A DNA stretch of 45,096 bases from Paraspadella gotoi (lineage: Eukaryota > Animalia > Chaetognatha): positions 1,444,098 through 1,489,193 of the forward strand of contig CM119265.1 of assembly GCA_051294375.1 (NCBI GenBank), written 5' to 3'. Both the position numbers and the translations under genes were made by a program. How positions within the stretch are numbered: position 1 is the first letter of the stretch; each line of letters starts with the position of its first letter. Below, piece by piece: positions 36,819 to 45,096 of the stretch. Below the pieces are notes generated by a model. The model did no database searches and was not told the origin of the DNA. It was given only the letters and a program-made list of their open reading frames with translations.

Positions 36819-37132
36819 GCTTTGCCCTTGGGACCTTCTCGCCACAAACTCCCAAATGTTCGCTTAAAGGAAAAAAGTTCAGAGGCCAAGAACTCTTGGG
36901 AAGAGAGAGAGGCTGCACAGTGGTCGTGAGAGAAGGAAAAGAAGAGACACTGTAGGGCGGGGTGGAGGAAAAATAAGGGCGCTAAGATAATGATGTCTTT
37001 TTTTCTTTCTTTCTGTCTTTCTTTCTTGCTTTCTATCTTTTTTTTATATTTCTCTTTTTCGAGATCTTTTTTTTCTATCCTCTCTCTCTCTCTTCCTCTC
37101 TTTCTCTCTCTCCCTCTCGCTCTCTCTCTCTC

Positions 37133-37175
<43 letters not shown>

Positions 37176-38549
37176 TCCTCTCTCGGGTCCGTTTTGCGGC
37201 GCAACACTCTTTTTACTCCTTTGAGCTTCTGCTCCTTTTTCAATTCTCAGAAATGAGCGAAAGATGCATCGATGGATAGATGGATGAATTTCTTCATTTT
37301 CTTGATTATTATTTTTAAAAATGTAATCAGTACGAAAAACACACCGAGCTCTGGATTATAAATTTTTAAGTTGCTAATTATTTACTTATAAATAAAAAAA
37401 TACAAGCTACTTGAAAAAAAAAAATTTTAAATTCGTATTGTTTAAAAAAACAAGAGAAAAGTTTTTTTAATATAAATTATCACCACCTTCTACGTTTGTC
37501 TAAAAAAAAACAAAAAGATAATCAGAAAAAAAAAGAAAAAAACAGAAAATGGAAACAAGAAAAATTCGGAAAAAAGAGTAAACAAGGTTCTTCTTATTCT
37601 CTGCCGATGCTGAGAGGAAAACGAAGTGGGAAGACAAACAGAGAGAAAGAGAGAGTGAGAGAGAGAGAGAGAGAGAGAGNNNNNNNNNNNNNNNNNNNNN
37701 NNNNNNNNNNNNNNNNNNNNNNNNNNNNNNNNNNNNNNNNNNNNNNNNNNNNNNNNNNNNNNNNNNNNNNNNNNNNNNNNNNNNNNNNNNNNNNNNNNNN
37801 NNNNNNNNNNNNNNNNNNNNNNNNNNNNNNNNNNNNNNNNNNNNNNNNNNNNNNNNNNNNNNNNNNNNNNNNNNNNNNNNNNNNNNNNNNNNNNTGTGAG
37901 CGTGTTGGTGTATGTCTGTAAACTCTGTATGTGTTTGTATTCATGTCTTCTCCTACGTTGAATTAAAAATCACTTGTAACATCGTGATCAAAATTTCATT
38001 CTATTTAAAGGCGAATTTTTGGTTAATTTGTGGCCAATTTGTGGCCAATTTTGAGCCAAGGCAAATTAAAGGCAAAGATCAAGTCATCCCCGACCAATAA
38101 ATTAGCCACAATTTCCTCCACACTTTAATCACAACAACAACAACAACAACTTTTCCCTCTTTTTTTTAATTTTTTAGTTTTAAAATGATATTTTTTTTTG
38201 AGAGGAAGAGAGAGGAGATGTTAAAGAAAAGAAGGAAAGGGGAGAGGAAAGAGAGGAGGGGGGGGAGGAACGGGAGAGAAGAGAGGAGAAAACAAAAAAA
38301 AAAAGATAGAGAACAAAAAAAAAAAAAAGAAAAGAAAAAAAGAAAGNNNNNNNNNNNNNNNNNNNNNNNNNNNNNNNNNNNNNNNNNNNNNNNNNNNTCT
38401 CTCTCTCTCTCTCTCTCTATCTCTTCTTATCTATCTCTTTCATTCTCTCCCTTCATCTCATATCTTCAACTCTTTTTATAATTCTTATCTCTCCCTTTTA
38501 ATATATCTCTCTATCCACTCTATCACTATCTCTGTCTTTCTTTTCCTTT

Positions 38550-38601
<52 letters not shown>

Positions 38602-40337
38602 TTAACCTCCTAACCTCTCAATTTTCCTCCCAACTTCTCTTTTTCCCTCTCTTTTGTTTTCCTCTATTCTCTTTTGTCTTTGTCTCATTCGCATTTTATG
38701 TTTTCTCTGCATCGGGTTTTTTTTTCAAGATGCGTCTCATGTAGAATTGCATTTGTTGAATACCTTTTTTTTAAATTTTGAATACCTTTTTTTTAAATTT
38801 TTATAAACTTTAGATTTGAACTATGATCAATAACTTTAAATTTTAGATTTTATAAATCCTAAATTTTGTAACTTTATATGTTAATTTTTTTAAATTTTAA
38901 ATTTTAAATTTTTAAATATTTTTCTATAAAATTTTTATTTCATCTATTATTCTCTGAATTAAGGTTTATTAAAAATTAATATTCAATATTGAATATTGAA
39001 TAATCTATTTAATTAAAATTATTTTAATAATATAAAAAATATTATTTATTTTTATTTATATTTAAAATACATTAAAAAATTAGCAATAAATTTTTAATAA
39101 GTTGACCTTAAAACTAATCTAATTATTATTCCTATTATATATTTTTTATTAATATTATGTAAAAATTAAATTATGAGCGCGAATTCAATAACAATAAAAA
39201 AAACGTAGGGACGCATCGTTGTTGATATGGGTAAAAACGCTCCTTTACTCACTCCGTCTTCTCTTCTTTTGTTTTTATTCCCGTCATTTCGTTTTTGTCC
39301 CTTTGACCAAAGCGTCAACGCGTCTCTCTTTCCGGGTTTTTTTTCACACTTTTATTTTTCGAGTTTTAATAACAATTAATTCACAGAAAGAAAAAAAGTA
39401 GTTTTCACATTTTTACATATAATTTCTCTTGGTCATTTTGACGAAAATCTCATTTACTATTCACGAAAATAAATGATTTTCTTAGTCAGTCAGTCCATCC
39501 ATTCTGATATGGTCCGTTACCGTGAGTTTGCTCAACATCATAAAGGATATGTTAAATAAACTATATAAGATATTTTTTCCACAATAACCCGATTTAATTT
39601 ATTGATGAATCATCGCATTTATTTTATCCTTTTCAACTTTTTTATGCTTTTTTCTCTTTTTTTCTTCTTCTTTCTTCTACTATTTTACTTTTTAATCGCA
39701 TTTTTCCATTTTTTCTCTTCTTTTCTCTTTTGTTTCTCCTTTTTTTCTTTTTTCTCCTTTTTCCTCCTTTTTTCTTTTTCCTCTTTTTTACTCCTTTTTT
39801 CTCCTTTTTCATTTTTTCTCCTTTTGCCTTTTTTTTCTTTTTCCTCCTTTTTTCCTCCTTTGTCCTTCGTCGAGTCATGTATCTTTTTCCCTCGTTTGAT
39901 GCCTTTCATCCCATTGACCTCAAGAAGACGTGACGGCGTAAAGAGAGGAAGTGAGTATAGAGAGGAAAGAAGGAGAGAGGGATGAGATAGGAAAGAAGGA
40001 GAGAAGAAAGAAGGAGAGAAGAAGGGAGAAGAAAGGAAGGGAGAAGAGAGGGAGGCAGGAGGGAGGAAAGAAAGAAAGGGCGGAGAGAAGAAAATATGAG
40101 ATTGGAAAGGAGGAGAAAAGAAGGAAGTAAGAAATAAGAGAGGGTAAAAGAAAGGATGAGAGAAAAATTGGAGAGATGAAGTTAGTGAAGAACAAAGGGA
40201 AAGAAAATATTGGTCCTTTTCTTTTTCTTCTGTTTAGAAAAAAAACAAAGAAAACAAAAAAGAAACAAAAAGCAAAAGTTGTTTATCACTCGATCAAAAT
40301 AGAAAACAATAAAAACAGAGAAAAAATGATTGAGCCG

Positions 40338-40396
<59 letters not shown>

Positions 40397-41214
40397 AAGA
40401 GGTCACAAAAAGAGTAAGAGGAGGAGGAGGAGGAAGAATAATGAAGAGGAAGAGGAAAAGAAAAAAAGGAGGAAAAAGATGAATAAAGAGTTGATTAAAG
40501 AGACTGACGGCGAATAGACGTGAGAGGGAGAAATGAGAGGGAGNNNNNNNNNNNNNNNNNNNNNNNNNGAGGTGAGAAATATGAGGGAAGCACGAGGAGA
40601 GGATCACCAATAGTGTGCGGTATAATGAGAGGAAGGAATGAGAGGGTAGGTAGGGGGCAGGAAGGGCGCGGAAATTGGAGAGAGAAAGATGTGGGAAGAG
40701 AGGAAGGTAGGGGAGGAGCAATATATCGAGAACGGGAAGACAGGAGAGGGAGTGAAGGAGGTGAGGAGGGCAGTGGGGAAAACGGGAAATAGGGACTGAA
40801 TGTAATGTGGAGATGATGAAGTAGGAGAGGAGGAAGGGATGGAGGCACGAAGTAATGGAGAGGAGAGGGTGGAGAGATGGTATAGGAAAGTGGCCCGAGG
40901 AGTGAGAGCGGAGGGAGCAGAGTAATGAGAAAGATGAGGGAGAAGGAGAGAAAGGAAGCGATGAGAGAAAAAAGAAGAAAAAAGCGAAGACTAAGAAGTT
41001 TAATGTTAATGGTCCGGGAAATCACTCCTCAATTCAAATATATATAATTAGCCCTAAACCCCGATGCTCGGCATTTTCCCGAAGGACGAATGCTTCCTGA
41101 CGCAGGGGTGTCCCGAAAATGGTATTCACTTTACTCCCTATTTTTTCAAAGCGTTCATCGTTTTTTTTCGATTTTTTTCTTGTACTATATAAATTAAAAG
41201 AAAAACCGTATTTT

Positions 41215-41565
41215 GAAGCAGTTGCCAGCGTCCCCCCCAAACAGGCTTAACGGCGGTTTTCTTCATAAAATTTTGGCAATTGACTATGAATGTTACCTTG
41301 TTATAGTTCCCTCCACTAACTCCAATTCTATTGAAACAAGATATTTCTTTCAAAATTGCTTCTCCTTCAATATATAAAATTTTGATTATTTTTATCAATT
41401 TTTGGGATAAATTCCTTGATATCTTTTGCCTGAAACTGAAAAACATTTTTTCAAACAACACTGCCGCTCAAAAATAGAATCTTCCCCCACCTTTCCTCTT
41501 TCTTTGCCAAGACTATATTTTTTTCTTTCAAGAAGCGTCCAATCGGTTTGAGCTGGCAACTCTTC
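41215..41565. mobile_element. Possible hAT-type MITE
   Basis: Inverted ends gaagcagttgccagc / gctggcaactcttc. AGTTGCCA is a common hAT-MITE TIR core. No clear TSD. Confidence 0.4.
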
Positions 41566-42158
41566 CGTTTTATTTTTAACTTCACTTCGCTCAAAGAATA
41601 GTTAAATCGTGTACTTATTAAAACTCATTAAATAATTACATAAAGTAAACGTCAAATTGAAAAATAATAAATTCGATAAGTTTTTTTAACTCATTAAAAC
41701 TCTAATGATTGAACATTATAAAAAAAAACCCGTCTGAGAAAATGTGCAAAGAGTTAGTTCTGGTTTTTTTAGATATTATGCACAACCCCCCCAATGTACT
41801 TTACTTTGTACCAAAGGAAAGATTAAATATAAGAAGTAAAAAATTGAGCTTACTGTAATAGGAAATCAGTTTTAATCGTTAAAATTTAGTGTAAATTTAC
41901 CCTATACATATAAAAAAATATTTTTTTCTTTTTGATAAATCATAGTCTTTACCGAAGTAACAATTTTTTGTTTAAATTTGTATGAACATTTTAGGTAGTA
42001 TTTTAAAAGTTTTCGAATAATTTTTAATTCTATAGAAACCTCTTTACAGGATCGCATGAGAAATTATGATTACATGATACAGTAAATTAAGATGTTACCT
42101 ACATTTTAGGCTTGAGGTTCCCTATCGGCTTAAAGAATTTTTAAAAAAAGGAAAACAG

Positions 42159-42193
<35 letters not shown>

Positions 42194-44766
42194 ACAAAAA
42201 AATCATACAAAGATACAATACAAAAAAATCACAAAATATCTCTTTCCACACAGCAAAACAAAAAAAAGCTGAAAAACAAAAATAAAACAAAAAAAAAAAA
42301 AAAAAAACAAAAAAAGAAAAAAAAATAAACAAAAAATAAAAAAAAAAAAAAAAAAAAATAAAAAAAAAAAATGTACAAAATGAAGACACCATGAACCGCC
42401 AAACTAGAGAAAAGAAGAAAGAAAAGACAAGAAAGACAAGGAAGACAAGAAAAGAAAGAAAACGAAAGAAAAAGAAAAGAAAGAAAGGAAGAAAAAAAAA
42501 ACAAAAAAAACGAAAAAAAAAAAAAAAAAGAGTAGGAAAAGAAAGAGAAGAAGAAATAGAAGAGAAAATAACAAATAAAAGAAAAAAAAATAGGGTGGAA
42601 AAAAAGAACAACGGGTAAGATCCCGGGTGAAAGAAAAGAAGAAAGAACAAATAAGAAAGAAAAGAAACGAGCAAGAGCAAGAAAGAAAAGCGATTGACAA
42701 GCACAAAAAAAAACAAAAGAAAGAAAGCAGAAAGAAACAGAAAAAAAAAAGAAAAAAATATTGGGAAAAAAGGTAACCGGAGAAAGAAAAAAGAAAAAAG
42801 CAAAGAAAGAAAAGAAAGCAAAAGAAAGAAAGAAAAGAAAGAAAGATAAATATAAGACACAAGAAATGAAGAGAAAAAAAATATGCGAAAAAAGAAGGGT
42901 AAACCCGGAGTTTCTTAAGGCAAGATGCGCCAAACAAAAAAAAAAATTTGAACGTAAGAATCAAATTATACCGACTTAAATCTATACACAACTCATCCCA
43001 CATATTAAACTATTTCTATACTTCTTCATATTTACCGCGTCGAAGTTCACCAAAAAAAAGATATTTTGGTTTTTAAAAAATATTAATTTAAAAAATTTAA
43101 TTTTCTGACTGAAATGAGGCAATACATTCAGTGGATCATATAGATTACGAGGAAAAGCCTCCCCTCCAGCGATCGCAGACGACCAGAGACGAGAGAGAGA
43201 ACGACGGAGAGAGAGACGAGAGAGAGACCGAGACCGATTAGAGAGATCGCCAGAGAGGCAGAAGAGAACTTCTAAGCACCTCCTCGTCAAGACAAGGGAA
43301 AGACATTATCGCTTCAAATTCTCCTATGATCAATGAGGCGGAAAAAACTCCAAGTTAGATAGGAACAAAAGCGTGCGCGCGAGAGAGAGATGATGAGAGA
43401 GCTAGAGAGACGAAGACTCGAGACGGAGAACGATGAGTAGCGGATAGATGAGGACGAGACCGAAGACGAGAGCAGCAGAGAGAGAGAGCAAGTCTCTTTC
43501 CCTCGGTTTTAGCAGAACGCACACCCCTAACCTCTTTCCAGGGGAGACAAACTAAGTTTAGCTCTTTCGTAAATTGGCTCTCTTTTTCGACACAGCAATC
43601 CCAATTTCTCGTTCCTGAATTGCTCGACCTCTCTTTTTAAATCACTCAATGTTCTAGGTTCTTTAATTTCGGCTTTCTTTACCGAACTGCACCCGAATTC
43701 TCTGCTTCCTGAAAAAACCGCTAACACTTCCTGTTATTACAAACTTCTCTATATCATTCATTGATCTTCCTGCCACGCTATTGCTGTCGATTCCTGTTCC
43801 ATCTCGCGACATTCCATGTTCGGCCTCGCTATTATTCATTCCGGGCAGCAGCCCGATACGCGCTCGCATCCTCTCTTCAGGTTCTCACTATTGGTGACAG
43901 CTGCTTCACTCCGCGATATATTCTAGCCCTGATCGTATCTCTCTAGATTTTAGCCTATGTTTTCTAAACCTTAACAAATTTATTTATGAATATTTCTAAA
44001 CATTTAGACTGACCACACTGTGCGCGATCTAGTGAGTAACCACCATCTAACGGCCCATACAACACCATTACTGGACAGACTCTTTCTAAGTGTAAATCTA
44101 AGTAAGATTTTTAAAATCGTTAACACTATTAACAAAATCTTTACACATTCACACCTATGACAAAACATCAATATTTTCCCCTTACACTCCGTTTTAAGTA
44201 ACTTGACAGTCAAAATTCCTATTACAAAATGGCGTCTTAGGAATCGTCTCCGCAAGTAATATGATGACTAGAAAATCCATTATCATAGTCTCTCGTCTGC
44301 CGCCAATAATTTGCGATTCAACGTTGCTGCACTAGCCACACAACTTCTACACTTGTGTTCCCACATTTTCTCTCCTTTTCGTATGACAAACTAAACTCGA
44401 TATTTTCTTTCTTTTCCGTTCATCTATATTTTACATTAACTCCTTATTCACTTTATATTAAAAATCAAAATGTAATAAAATAAAAACTCTAAAATTAAAA
44501 TCGATGTTAAAAAATTATAATAAAAATCCAACAATACAGTCAAAATAATCGCATAAACACTTTTTTATATTTTTAACCAACCTATTCAACATCTCTCTCG
44601 ATCTTCATCTATATCATCGGGAGGGAGAGAGTAATGAGAAAGAGAGGGGAGAAGAGAGAAAGGAAGGAGAGAGAAAAGAAAAATAGGAAGACTAAAAGTT
44701 AAATGTTAAAGAAATTTTTAAAAAAAGAAAAAAATGTAAAAAATGAAGACACATGAACGCAAATAG

Positions 44767-44801
<35 letters not shown>

Positions 44802-45061
44802 AAAAAAAATATGGAAAAAAAGGTAAACCCGGAGTTTGGCAAGATGGCAAAAAAAAAGATTTGAACGTAAAATCAATTATACGACTTAAAATTATACAAA
44901 TTAAATATTAAAATATTTTAACTTCTTCATTATTTCGGTCGAAGTTCACAAAAAAAGATATTTTGGTTTTAAAAAAATATAAATTAAAAATTTAATTTTT
45001 TGATCTGAAAATGAGGAATAATTCGTGGATCAAGAATAGATTAGCGAGGAACCTCCCCATC

Positions 45062-45096
<35 letters not shown>

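Noticed and set aside
41103-41115. CAGGGGTGTCCC transposon-like terminus (also cagtgtcccc at ~18983)
   Set aside because: No partner inverted end found in the window.
42141-43003. Long Phe-rich membrane-protein-like ORFs
   Set aside because: Reverse strand of a noisy poly-A-rich segment that duplicates 44725-45096.

Overview
AT-rich, microsatellite-dense DNA from a draft animal (invertebrate-like) assembly with many N gaps. It is not prokaryotic, and almost all ORFs in the supplied track are simple-repeat artefacts. The main content is the 5' part of a + strand gene that the ORF track does not resolve. Three small coding exons (17370-17418, 24801-24874, 25871-25955) splice in phase to a signal peptide plus an 8-Cys WAP domain of the LEV-9/Hasp type (…CLCDGHCGMSCVNP). 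The expected downstream Sushi/CCP exons were not found here. A second, compact six-exon - strand model (~610-6064) contains a broken C-type lectin domain and is either a pseudogene or a gene obscured by indel errors. The rest is a mosaic of non-autonomous elements: a TIR-MITE family carrying degenerate TTAGGG arrays, Helentron/DINE-1-like HINEs (one nested), a ~240-bp dispersed repeat, a foldback element, a Tc1 remnant and tRNA-SINE-like heads. There are also structured tandem arrays (a 32-bp hairpin array, a 10-bp CCAAT array, a 25-bp satellite) and several insertion-rich duplicate segments that look like raw long-read gap fills. No CRISPR, rRNA or intact tRNA was seen.
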